A stretch of 64,000 nucleotides of DNA from an uncultured Candidatus Saccharibacteria bacterium. Its GTDB lineage: Bacteria > Patescibacteriota > Saccharimonadia > Saccharimonadales > CAYVSP01. Positions 20,650-28,810 of the stretch are shown here, one piece after another. The stretch spans positions 66,340 to 130,339 of the forward strand of contig CAZOZI010000002.1 of the NCBI GenBank assembly GCA_964584265.1, read 5' to 3'. The notes below the pieces were generated by a model. The model searched no databases and was not told the origin of the DNA. It saw only the letters and a program-made list of their open reading frames with translations. The first letter of the stretch is position 1. The number at the start of each line of letters is the position of its first letter. A program made the position numbers and the translations under genes.

Positions 20650-21459
20650 TTAACGGCAGGTAGTCCAGTATCTTACTTCATTTGTAGCAAAATTAATTTT
20701 TTCTCTACCATCAGCACCTTTGAAATTCGAACCATAACCCTCAACAGTAATCCAATCGCCTTGTAGAATCGAAAGGCTCCCCTCCAAGCTACCCGCTGTG
20801 CCATAGTAATATGTGTTGCTAGACTTATTATCCTTTTGAGTGCGGTTATTTTCTATCCAGTATCCATAACGTGGCCCAAGCGATGCACCGGCGGCTTTGA
20901 TGAATTGCAACTTGAAATTATATACACCGCCGAAAGCTGATGTATAGTTTTGGCAGCCCCACATCCTAACTTGATTCTCGAACTGGCCAAGATAGCTATA
21001 GCCAGGAGGAACATAGTAGTTAGTTGGGGCATTCACCGCTGCCGCCATAGTAAGCCAGGTCATTGGTCCTACAACGCCATCAGCAGTAAGGTTAGCCCCC
21101 CTCTGCCAAGCTCGTATGTTTTGATCTAGCGAAATATTGTAATCTTGGTGTTCGGCCCAATATAAACCAGCATACTTACCTAAAAACTTGTCCACAGCTT
21201 TGGTGCAACTACTCCAGTTATTATATGCTGTCCCGGCTGGGGGCGCAGAAAGCTTAGCAGGTTGTCCACCGTAGTTTGGGCAGGATGAGGCTTGTAAGAA
21301 GTACTCCCAGGGTGTTAAGGCAAAACTTCTATATAGGAAGTAGCCGCCTCCTACAGCCCCAAAGACTAGGATAAAGGTTACTAGTTGTTTGAGTTTGGTA
21401 TTAGGAACTAAGGCTTTAGCGAAACGTTTTAGTTTGCTTTGTTTCTTACGGGCTGGCAT
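20650..21459 (-). CDS. N-terminally anchored peptidoglycan-binding-domain protein, paralog 2 of 3
   Basis: 269 aa with the same architecture (IRAWQRGANLTADGVVGPMTW) and the same ...TCR ending. Confidence 0.6.
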   Translation of the reverse strand: MPARKKQSKLKRFAKALVPNTKLKQLVTFILVFGAVGGGYFLYRSFALTPWEYFLQASSCPNYGGQPAKLSAPPAGTAYNNWSSCTKAVDKFLGKYAGLYWAEHQDYNISLDQNIRAWQRGANLTADGVVGPMTWLTMAAAVNAPTNYYVPPGYSYLGQFENQVRMWGCQNYTSAFGGVYNFKLQFIKAAGASLGPRYGYWIENNRTQKDNKSSNTYYYGTAGSLEGSLSILQGDWITVEGYGSNFKGADGREKINFATNEVRYWTTCR

Positions 21460-21566
21460 TTTTGTTTATCCTTTGTGGTAACTATTAAGGATAAGTGTAG
21501 GTGCAGTTAGTTAAAAATACAAATTAGTTATCCACAGTCAAACTAACGCAAGTGTTAGCCGCCCTC

Positions 21567-22055
21567 TTAGCTGCCGAAGATTTTGTGCCAGAGCCTAACT
21601 AATAATTTTCCGTTTCTCTTCGCCTCTGCTTGGTTTCTCTGCGCCCTTGCAAGCCTAATTTCACCGAGTTGAATTTCACGTTCTCTACTTATCTCAGAAT
21701 ACCATACTTGGTAGTCTTCATAGGCTTGCTTCGGAAATAACGCAACAGAAACTGCATTTGGATTCCCACTGCATCTTACAGTTTTATCATCTGCCACCTC
21801 AACTATGCAACCGTCAGCAAAATAGATATACCATTCCTCACCAAATTTTTCAGATAATTGCCTTGGTAATTCCGCTGGAGAACCAAATGTTACACCAAAA
21901 GACCCTAGATAATATCCATCCCCTAAATCCATATCCCTTTCAGGATTATTTACTATCGGACAAGACGCTACATCGAAGTCATCCCTAAGTACTCGATGGA
22001 TATTATGCCAATCTTTATTTACCTCTATTATTCCTGCACCTTCCACATATTCCAT
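21567..22055 (-). CDS. Hypothetical cytoplasmic protein
   Basis: 162-aa ORF with an ATG start and no motif. Sits between PG-binding paralogs 2 and 3. Confidence 0.45.
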   Translation of the reverse strand: MEYVEGAGIIEVNKDWHNIHRVLRDDFDVASCPIVNNPERDMDLGDGYYLGSFGVTFGSPAELPRQLSEKFGEEWYIYFADGCIVEVADDKTVRCSGNPNAVSVALFPKQAYEDYQVWYSEISREREIQLGEIRLARAQRNQAEAKRNGKLLVRLWHKIFGS

Positions 22056-22112
22056 GATAATAGTGTAAATTTATTAACCATACTTGCAAGCATGAGCATT
22101 TACAGATTAGGA

Positions 22113-22290
22113 ACAAACAAAAAAGCACTATCTAAATTAGATAATGCTCATTTGGTGGAGCACCTCGAAAAAAGTTCACCCCTCATTATTGAGGAAATAC
22201 GTAGATGTAGGTATTTACTCTGAGATTATTATATAGAACACAAACGAAAGAAAGAACGGCGGCAAAAGATAGCTGTCCCCTAAGGGTATA
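22113..22290 (-). repeat. Family B intergenic module, copy b (long form)
   Basis: Aligns with copies a and c. Contains hairpins CCTCA-ATAA-TGAGG and AGCATTATCTAA-TT-TAGATAGTGCT followed by a T-run on the minus strand. Confidence 0.65.
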
Positions 22291-22310
22291 ATTTACAGTA
22301 ACGGATTAAA

Positions 22311-23105
22311 CTAGCGGCATTGTGCCAGGTTAGATACGTTCCAGTATTCAATCGTATGACCTCCGCTTGCATTGGCAGAATCAGGAAAGATGCTATCTCC
22401 ATTAGGCATGTTCAAACTACCACTCCAAGCTGCCGTAGTGCCACCAAAATAGGTATTAAACCAGCCAGAGTTGTATATTTCACTGCCCCCACCACCAATG
22501 CTTTTTCTATATATTTTTACAAACAAAGGTGGACCTAACGTTGCACCTTGTGGCTTCATAAAGCGCAAGTTAACATTATATGTTCCTCCGTAAGCGGTGG
22601 TATACGTCTGGCAGCCCCATTCCACTACTCCATTTCCAAACGTGCTTAGATACGAATAGTTTCCAGCAGGAGCGCTTGAGCCAACGCTTTGAGCATTTAG
22701 TGCGACCTGAAGTGTATACCATGTTTGCGGACCCACCGCACCATCAGGAGTTATGTTATTGGCTTTTTGCCATTGGACGACAGCGGCTCTTGTGTATGGG
22801 CCAAAGCCCACTTCGTTGCTTGTCCCTAGTCCTGCTCGTTCCCATAACACGACATGCAGGGTGACCATACAACCATCTGGTCCATGACCTTGGGTATATA
22901 GGCCTGGTACGCCATTGATATTTGGGCAATTATACGCTCTCAACGTATACTCCCACGGTGAATAAGCAAAGCTTCTGTAGAGGAAGTAACCGCCCCCAAC
23001 AGCTCCGAAGACGAGGATAAAGGCTAGGAGTTGTTTGAGTTTGGTGTTTGGAACAAGGGCTCTTCCAAAACGCTTCAGTTTGCTTTGTTTCTTTTTGACT
23101 GGCAT
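22311..23105 (-). CDS. N-terminally anchored peptidoglycan-binding-domain protein, paralog 3 of 3
   Basis: 264 aa with the same architecture (VVQWQKANNITPDGAVGPQTW) and the same ...QCR ending. Confidence 0.6.
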   Translation of the reverse strand: MPVKKKQSKLKRFGRALVPNTKLKQLLAFILVFGAVGGGYFLYRSFAYSPWEYTLRAYNCPNINGVPGLYTQGHGPDGCMVTLHVVLWERAGLGTSNEVGFGPYTRAAVVQWQKANNITPDGAVGPQTWYTLQVALNAQSVGSSAPAGNYSYLSTFGNGVVEWGCQTYTTAYGGTYNVNLRFMKPQGATLGPPLFVKIYRKSIGGGGSEIYNSGWFNTYFGGTTAAWSGSLNMPNGDSIFPDSANASGGHTIEYWNVSNLAQCR

Positions 23106-23223
23106 GTTAATAAACCTTGTTTGATTTTAGTTGTTCTTATGGTTCAGTATAGGAAGTTTTTTATAAGATATCAAATAGTTATCCACAGCTAAGTTATTTG
23201 GGTTATTGCTTTAATATCTTAAG

Positions 23224-24123
23224 TCAAACGTCAGGTGTGTAATCACGGCTCTCACGTTTACCATTTTCGTCGACATAGGTTGCTTTTAGATCTTTTAGAT
23301 CTGGGTATTCGTGAGGGTAATCAAGATACCAGTAGGGTCGATTCCTCTGGTCACGGTACTCGGCTTGGCCGTAAGCGACCATATAGTTGGTATATACACG
23401 GGGTGCGCCTATTACGTCTAATACTTTCTGGTATGGCTCAACTACTTGATCCTCTACTCGCCACTGCAAAGTGTCAAGATTATAAATAAGATAAAACAGC
23501 GAATCAATCGCAAACATAAACACCGAAATTATAATAATTGAGATTAGCCCTCCGGTATTAAGTAGGAGTAACGACAAAATCACCACTGTGCCAAGTGTTC
23601 CAGAAATAAACCATTCCAATCCGGATAGTCTACTGCCAATTAAACCAACTTGGGTGCTACGGGCATTGATAAGGCCGGATAAGCCAAACAGCATATTGCT
23701 GTAGGCGGCTGCGCCCTCTGGACTTTTCTTGTCGCAGTCATTAATTGCTTTTACTAGATTTTCAAAAGCGTAATTTGTCTTGTAGTAATACGCAACATGG
23801 TGGATTTGAGTTGCTTGTATATATGACTCGATTGCATTGTTCATGTGCTTGACATACTTTTTGTCTTCGAGCGGAAGAGTGAGGTAGTAGAAGTTCAATA
23901 ATGCTGAGCGTTCATTATTCGCCTGTGATCGAATATTTACCATCCGTGTTTGCCTGTGAGCTAAAACATACGCATTGAAAGTTCCGAAGAGGAATGTAGA
24001 CATGCCTATTAATGCAATTGCCGATGAGTTCTTAGCGTGAAAATTTATTAAGCCAAACAGCGTAACAATAAAAATGATTGCTGCATAACGCAGTGGCCGA
24101 TTGTGAATATAACGGCTGTTCAT
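23224..24123 (-). CDS. Hypothetical membrane protein (two N-terminal and two C-proximal TM helices)
   Basis: 299-aa ORF. Only the hydrophobicity pattern supports the call. Confidence 0.5.
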   Translation of the reverse strand: MNSRYIHNRPLRYAAIIFIVTLFGLINFHAKNSSAIALIGMSTFLFGTFNAYVLAHRQTRMVNIRSQANNERSALLNFYYLTLPLEDKKYVKHMNNAIESYIQATQIHHVAYYYKTNYAFENLVKAINDCDKKSPEGAAAYSNMLFGLSGLINARSTQVGLIGSRLSGLEWFISGTLGTVVILSLLLLNTGGLISIIIISVFMFAIDSLFYLIYNLDTLQWRVEDQVVEPYQKVLDVIGAPRVYTNYMVAYGQAEYRDQRNRPYWYLDYPHEYPDLKDLKATYVDENGKRESRDYTPDV

Positions 24124-24150
24124 TAACGATATTTTAGCATAAGCTGAACG

Positions 24151-24690
24151 CTATAATTTTTGTTGTATGTCATCAATCCTTTTGTTTATAAAGGGCGAGA
24201 AATACCCCTCGTAAACTTTTTGTAAATTAACCGACAACCAATCTATGCCTGTTATCCGCCGCCGACAGTTTTCAGAACCACAATTACATGCCCATTTTGA
24301 TACCCATTGATTGTCATTTTCCCACATGCAATAATCTGGATTAATTTCTTCGCCAGGATAAATATTTCTTCTGGCCACAAAAGTAACTTCATCACTCATC
24401 CATATATTGGGCTCACAAGAATGGTTAGTGTATATAGCTACATCCCTAGGGGTGTTAATCTTGGTAGCAATATACAGATCTTCATCTATAGGCACAGCGC
24501 TATCTTTAATAGTTCGCCCGGCAATAATATCTTTTCGTTTGAAAACGTTCCCGCCCCATATGAGTAGAGTTTCGTCACACTTAATTAATTCAGTTGCAAA
24601 CATACCCATACCGCTTATAGATGATGGTTTAATCTCTATCCTGGGATCTATCCAGGATCTTGGTATGTAGCCAAGACATTGTTTATTCAT
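24151..24690 (-). CDS. SET-domain protein (putative lysine methyltransferase) with a post-SET Cys cluster
   Basis: NHSCEPN motif plus C-terminal CNCGSENCRRR. The track start at 24711 is a TTG inside a T-run, so I prefer ATG at 24690 (MNKQCLGY...). Confidence 0.75.
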   Translation of the reverse strand: MNKQCLGYIPRSWIDPRIEIKPSSISGMGMFATELIKCDETLLIWGGNVFKRKDIIAGRTIKDSAVPIDEDLYIATKINTPRDVAIYTNHSCEPNIWMSDEVTFVARRNIYPGEEINPDYCMWENDNQWVSKWACNCGSENCRRRITGIDWLSVNLQKVYEGYFSPFINKRIDDIQQKL

Positions 24691-24702
24691 ACGATTGATA
24701 TT

Positions 24703-24880
24703 AACAAACAAAAAAGCACTAGAAAATGATTCTAATGCTCATTTGCCAAGCGCACCTCGAAAAAAGTTCACCCCTCATAATTGAAGAAATAAGAAGATGG
24801 CGGTATTTACTCTGGGATGATTACATTGAATTCAAAAGAGAGTAAGAACGGCGAAAGAAGTTAGTAGTCCCCCTAGCGGT
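24703..24880 (-). repeat. Family B intergenic module, copy c (long form)
   Basis: Aligns with copies a and b. The hairpin AGCATTAGAA-TCATT-TTCTAGTGCT followed by a T-run ends 13 nt before the SET gene ATG. Confidence 0.65.
24735..24845 (+). CDS. Possible 36-aa small ORF inside Family B copy c (MLICQAHLEKSSPLIIEEIRRWRYLLWDDYIEFKRE)
   Basis: This is the only uninterrupted version of a plus-strand reading frame that shows synonymous-type differences among the three Family B copies. No Shine-Dalgarno is visible. Confidence 0.25.
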   Translation: MLICQAHLEKSSPLIIEEIRRWRYLLWDDYIEFKRE

Positions 24881-24934
24881 ATGCACCCTGAATTGATTGC
24901 ATAAATAGATAAAAGATGTTACTATAAATATACA

Positions 24935-25210
24935 ATGGGTTTGTTCGAGGAACTAAGCAATATCACGCGCAATGAAGCCAAAGCTGGTGTAGCTCAATTT
25001 ATTAATAAAACTGAACAAGAAGATGGTGTAGACGGAACACTGCGAGCACAGGAAATACCAGGCTTACGCTTTCTTGTTGAAGAAGGTCTAACACAGTTAA
25101 ATAATATGGAACAACTTTCAGAACGTGACATATATGTAATTGATGCTACGATGGCAATGTTTGTTGGACCTTTGACCGAAGTTGCCATAATTCGTAAGTT
25201 TAAAGAATAG
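24935..25210 (+). CDS. Hypothetical protein
   Basis: 91-aa ORF with an ATG start and no motif. Confidence 0.4.
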   Translation: MGLFEELSNITRNEAKAGVAQFINKTEQEDGVDGTLRAQEIPGLRFLVEEGLTQLNNMEQLSERDIYVIDATMAMFVGPLTEVAIIRKFKE

Positions 25211-25216
25211 AACCAA

Positions 25217-25247
25217 ACAAAAAAGACCTTTCAAATACTGAAAAGTC
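25217..25247 (-). terminator. Intrinsic terminator downstream of ssrA
   Basis: Minus-strand hairpin AGACTTTTCA-GTATT-TGAAAGGTCT followed by TTTTTTG. Confidence 0.6.
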
Positions 25248-25251
25248 TCTT

Positions 25252-25662
25252 ATGGTGGAGCTGCCGGGTACTACCCCCGGGTCCGCTAGTTTATCTGGTT
25301 AGTCTTCTACAGGCATAGGTCATTTGATTACTGCAAGACATAGAAATGACCAAAAAGTCTTACAGGTTGATTCAATTGTCTTAACCAAATGTCGAATCAA
25401 ACATTTGATGCATCCAGATTATATGACACGCACTGGCAATATCTGGCGTCAGGCTAGGCGCGGTTAAAGCTAATTAAGCCTTAACAAAAGATGGAGCTAG
25501 CGGAGAGATAGAAGCAACAAAGTTGTCTACCTTACCTTGAATGCTAGCTACAAATTCGCGAATTCGTGATTTTGCACTTATTCGTGGTTGCCATATGACG
25601 CTTAGCAAGCGACCTGCTGATCTAACCGATAAAGTCCAACGTCAAGCTTAAAATTCAGCCCC
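25252..25662 (-). ncRNA. ssrA: tmRNA (ssrA)
   Basis: The 5' end is GGGGCTGAATTTTAAGCTTGACG and the 3' end is GGACCCGGGGGTAGTACCCGGCAGCTCCACCA. The acceptor stem GGGGCTG/CAGCTCC includes the G3-U70 alanine identity pair. An internal tag-like frame runs from GCA after AATAAGT to TAA. Confidence 0.85.
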
Positions 25663-25697
25663 GTAACAGATATTATACACTTTTAATATGCTTATGT

Positions 25698-27017
25698 CTA
25701 GTGTCCGCTTGCGGGTGCCTCTTGAGAGCCCCAATCTTGGTGTAGTAAATGTTTTGGTGGACGATAAATCGTCAGGAATAGAATACCCCCAAACAACACC
25801 GTGATACCGCCAGCTAGAACCGGTACGCCCACTCCTATCTCTGCTAGATAACCACTTAGAGCCGCGGGAATAAATTGTGCCAAGGACTGAACGGACGCGT
25901 TGATGCCAAGAACTTCACCCTGTATATGTTGGTCTGCCGAGATGCTGACTAGCGCTGTAAGGTTGGCAATTGAGTTACCTAGGAAAAATGCAAATATTGG
26001 TGTAATCCACAACAAGTCAGTCGTGTTTGAAGCCATTAAGAACATAAAGAGTGTTAAGCCAGAACCGATCAGACTAAATCGTACCACCTGATATGGCTTA
26101 AGCCGCTTGGCTAATAGTGGTGTAAAAATGGCTTGCGTAATAGCGATCCAAATACCAATGTACGCAAAGAAGTCACCGATATTGTTCTGAGTAAAGTGCA
26201 GTTTTTGTATAAGTAGCACCTGGAAAAAAGTTTGGAAAAATGCAAAACCGCCCCAAAATAAGAAAACAGATGGGAAAACTACCCTAAGACCCGGATACGA
26301 CATGGCAGTTACAATGTTATGAAGTGATTTTGTAAGTTTGACTTTGACATGTCTTAGCATTTTATGTGTCTCTGGCAACAAGAAAAGTACTAGCAGCAAG
26401 TTAACGGTACTTAGCGCAGCCGTAAACCAAAACGGTGTAGCCGGATTAAACCAGTATGGAGTATGCACTAATCCAAAAAAACTTATGCCGGGGCTGCCTA
26501 ATTTAGCACCTAAATAAGGACCTAGAACAAAGCCAAAGCCAAAAGCCGCCCCAATAAGGGCAAAGCGTTTAGCTCGATCTCTGACCGGTGTTACATCAGC
26601 TATTACCGCTTGAGCAACACTAAGATTGCCGCCAGTAATACCGTCCAGACCACGGCTAAAAAACAATAGCGGTAGGCTGCGCGTAATGATTCCAATAGCA
26701 AATAAGACATAGCCGACAGCAGTACCGAAGATACTAAAACCAAGTACCGGTTTGCGCCCATAGCGGTCTGATAATTGCCCCAAAATAGGAGTAGCTAGAA
26801 ATTGCATAAACGGATAGATAGCCAACAGCCAGCCAAGCAAGATAAGGCCACCCTTAAATGTCCAACCAGCCGGAAGCAGATAATAGGCTGAATGTGGATT
26901 AGCCAGTAATTGTGGAATAATCGGAATAAGAATACCGACGCCGAGCACGTCTAGAAATATGGTCAGTAAAACAATTGGCAGCGCTTTATGTTCAAACCTT
27001 GAAGAAGCTTTTGTCAT
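25698..27017 (-). CDS. MFS transporter (drug:H+ antiporter-like)
   Basis: 439 aa with roughly 12 hydrophobic helices and an MFS motif-A-like GQLSDRYGRKP. Confidence 0.8.
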   Translation of the reverse strand: MTKASSRFEHKALPIVLLTIFLDVLGVGILIPIIPQLLANPHSAYYLLPAGWTFKGGLILLGWLLAIYPFMQFLATPILGQLSDRYGRKPVLGFSIFGTAVGYVLFAIGIITRSLPLLFFSRGLDGITGGNLSVAQAVIADVTPVRDRAKRFALIGAAFGFGFVLGPYLGAKLGSPGISFFGLVHTPYWFNPATPFWFTAALSTVNLLLVLFLLPETHKMLRHVKVKLTKSLHNIVTAMSYPGLRVVFPSVFLFWGGFAFFQTFFQVLLIQKLHFTQNNIGDFFAYIGIWIAITQAIFTPLLAKRLKPYQVVRFSLIGSGLTLFMFLMASNTTDLLWITPIFAFFLGNSIANLTALVSISADQHIQGEVLGINASVQSLAQFIPAALSGYLAEIGVGVPVLAGGITVLFGGILFLTIYRPPKHLLHQDWGSQEAPASGH

Positions 27018-27033
27018 TCAGCTGATTCCCTTA

Positions 27034-27498
27034 TTAGACATTAAATGGGTGGTCGCACGCACCGGGTCTATCGGGTCTACAGACTTCTTGATGCATGAGA
27101 CTAAGCACTTCGAGCAACTGCTGTTGCTGCTTATCGCTTAGTTTAGCAAACATCGGCGCGTGGTAGCTATTGAGTACCTGCAAGGCTTCATCGGTCATGC
27201 GCTCGCCCTTGGCGGTCGGCACCGTAATGTGTTCCCGGCGATTACGTTCACTGATACGGGTTGTCAGCATGCCTTGATCGTGAAGCAACTTAATTTGCCG
27301 GCTAATGCTCGCCTCGGTTTGGCCAAGCGCTTCAGCTATGTGCCGCTGCTGAACGCTTGGGTTATTATGCAACACCATTAATATTTTAAACTGAGAAAAG
27401 CCTATGCCGAGCTGTTCCTGCAGCGCTTGATCAGATTGTTTGGCTAATACGCCAGACAAATGTTGAAGCAGGTAGCCGATGTTGTTTGTTGGTCCCAT
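27034..27498 (-). CDS. MarR-family transcriptional regulator
   Basis: 154 aa with a winged-HTH region. Located upstream of the MFS gene in the same operon. Confidence 0.8.
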   Translation of the reverse strand: MGPTNNIGYLLQHLSGVLAKQSDQALQEQLGIGFSQFKILMVLHNNPSVQQRHIAEALGQTEASISRQIKLLHDQGMLTTRISERNRREHITVPTAKGERMTDEALQVLNSYHAPMFAKLSDKQQQQLLEVLSLMHQEVCRPDRPGACDHPFNV

Positions 27499-27532
27499 GA
27501 GCTTAAAGCCTTGAAAATATATTAACTAACTG

Positions 27533-27562
27533 ATTGTAGCGTATGCATACTTAACACGTCAA
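27533..27562 (-). promoter_or_regulatory. Putative marR-MFS promoter with an operator palindrome in the spacer
   Basis: On the minus strand: TTGACG, an 18-nt spacer, then TACAAT. The perfect palindrome GTATGCATAC (27541-27550) lies in the spacer. Confidence 0.4.
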
Positions 27563-27587
27563 GTATTGTTTGTACGGAGCAGGGAAG

Positions 27588-28382
27588 TTATAAAATTTTG
27601 GCTTTGACACTGGCTACATAAAGTCTGTTCCAGTCCCTTAAAGACAATGCTTGGGGACGCAACTCAGAAGCAATTTGAGCCTCGTCCAGAACCACTTGTA
27701 TCTGAGCCTTTTCCATTCTTAGACCGCCTGCTAAAGAGTTAATCAGCGTTTTGCGCCGGGCGGCAAAGCCAGCTTTTACTAGCTTAAAGAAGGCTTTTGT
27801 CCCAGTATCCGACAGTAGTAGTTCTGATCGGCTCTTGAGAATCAAAATCTGTGAATCAACTTTTGGTGGCGGCGTAAAAAACTTGGCTGGTACCACAGCT
27901 CCCAAGCTTACATGCCAGTAAAACTGAGCACTTACACTCAGTAAAGACATGCCGCCGGGACGCGCTGCAACCCGCTCGGCGACTTCTTTTTGGACCAATA
28001 AAACAATCCGACTGGCTGGATTTGATGAGTCCGATAGCATTCTGAGTAGATTACCAGTCAAGTAATACGGAATATTGGCTACGACTTTGTAATCAGGCGG
28101 TAACGATGTAAGGTCAAAGCGCAAAATATCACTCTCAATTACTTGCAAATTGGGAATTTTTTGGCTAGCAAGCTTGCGAGCAAAAGAGTTATCTAGCTCA
28201 ACCGCAATTACACAGCCAGCTACCGCACACAACTTATGAGTAAGACTGCCGGTACCTGGGCCAATCTCAAGTACTGTGTCATCTTGCGTTAAATCAGCCG
28301 CCTCGATAATACCGTCCAGCGCCGCTTCGTCAGTCAGCCAATGTTGGCCAAGGGACTTTTTTGCGGGCGGCAAACTGTTCAT
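27588..28382 (-). CDS. rsmA: 16S rRNA (adenine1518/1519-N6)-dimethyltransferase
   Basis: 264 aa with SAM-binding VLEIGPGTGSLT. KsgA-like length. Confidence 0.9.
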   Translation of the reverse strand: MNSLPPAKKSLGQHWLTDEAALDGIIEAADLTQDDTVLEIGPGTGSLTHKLCAVAGCVIAVELDNSFARKLASQKIPNLQVIESDILRFDLTSLPPDYKVVANIPYYLTGNLLRMLSDSSNPASRIVLLVQKEVAERVAARPGGMSLLSVSAQFYWHVSLGAVVPAKFFTPPPKVDSQILILKSRSELLLSDTGTKAFFKLVKAGFAARRKTLINSLAGGLRMEKAQIQVVLDEAQIASELRPQALSLRDWNRLYVASVKAKIL

Positions 28383-28801
28383 AAATCCAAGAGCTTTAGG
28401 CCAGTTTGATCATCATAGGAGCGTGATAGACCATCTTTGTACCAACGATGCAGTAACACCTCACAGGTAGCCGCAACTTCCAGTTCTTTCAGATGGCCAC
28501 CAAAAGCTTGCATATCAGCTTTAGAAAAAGTGCCATGTATATGAAGAATTGGCTCGTCGTTTTCCCATGCTACATTTCCCTGCAAGCTTAAAATCTCCAA
28601 TGGCCCTTCTAATTTTTCCCAAATGTATTGTTTTTTGTCTAGTTCATAAAAGCCTGTTTCTGCCCACATAGCTGCCCCAATAGAATTAAGCCATGCGCTT
28701 GTTACCTGCTGCTGCTTAACAAATTCGGTGAGTTGTTCTATGAGCAGCTCGCCTTTTTCAAGCCTTACCAACCAGTTGTAGCCATCAAATTTAAAAGTCA
28801 T
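28379..28801 (-). CDS. PPC (DUF296) domain protein
   Basis: 140 aa with a beta-rich pattern ending ...HIHGTFS...GGHL, typical of PPC/DUF296 proteins. Confidence 0.6.
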   Translation of the reverse strand: MTFKFDGYNWLVRLEKGELLIEQLTEFVKQQQVTSAWLNSIGAAMWAETGFYELDKKQYIWEKLEGPLEILSLQGNVAWENDEPILHIHGTFSKADMQAFGGHLKELEVAATCEVLLHRWYKDGLSRSYDDQTGLKLLDL

Positions 28802-28810
28802 ACTCTGATT

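Noticed and set aside
21528-21536. Perfect DnaA-box 9-mers TTATCCACA at 21528-21536 and 23179-23187 (possible oriC)
   Set aside because: There are only two boxes, 1.6 kb apart. Both lie inside homologous promoter regions of the PG-binding paralogs (caaat(t)agttatccacag). There is no dnaA/dnaN nearby and no AT-rich unwinding element, so they are most simply part of a duplicated promoter.
22153-22161. TGGTGGAGC in Family B copy b matching the tmRNA 3' end (possible attR of an ssrA-targeted island)
   Set aside because: The match is only 9 nt, it is absent from copy c at the aligned position, and it falls inside the conserved coding-like frame. A 9-mer match in 64 kb is not significant on its own.
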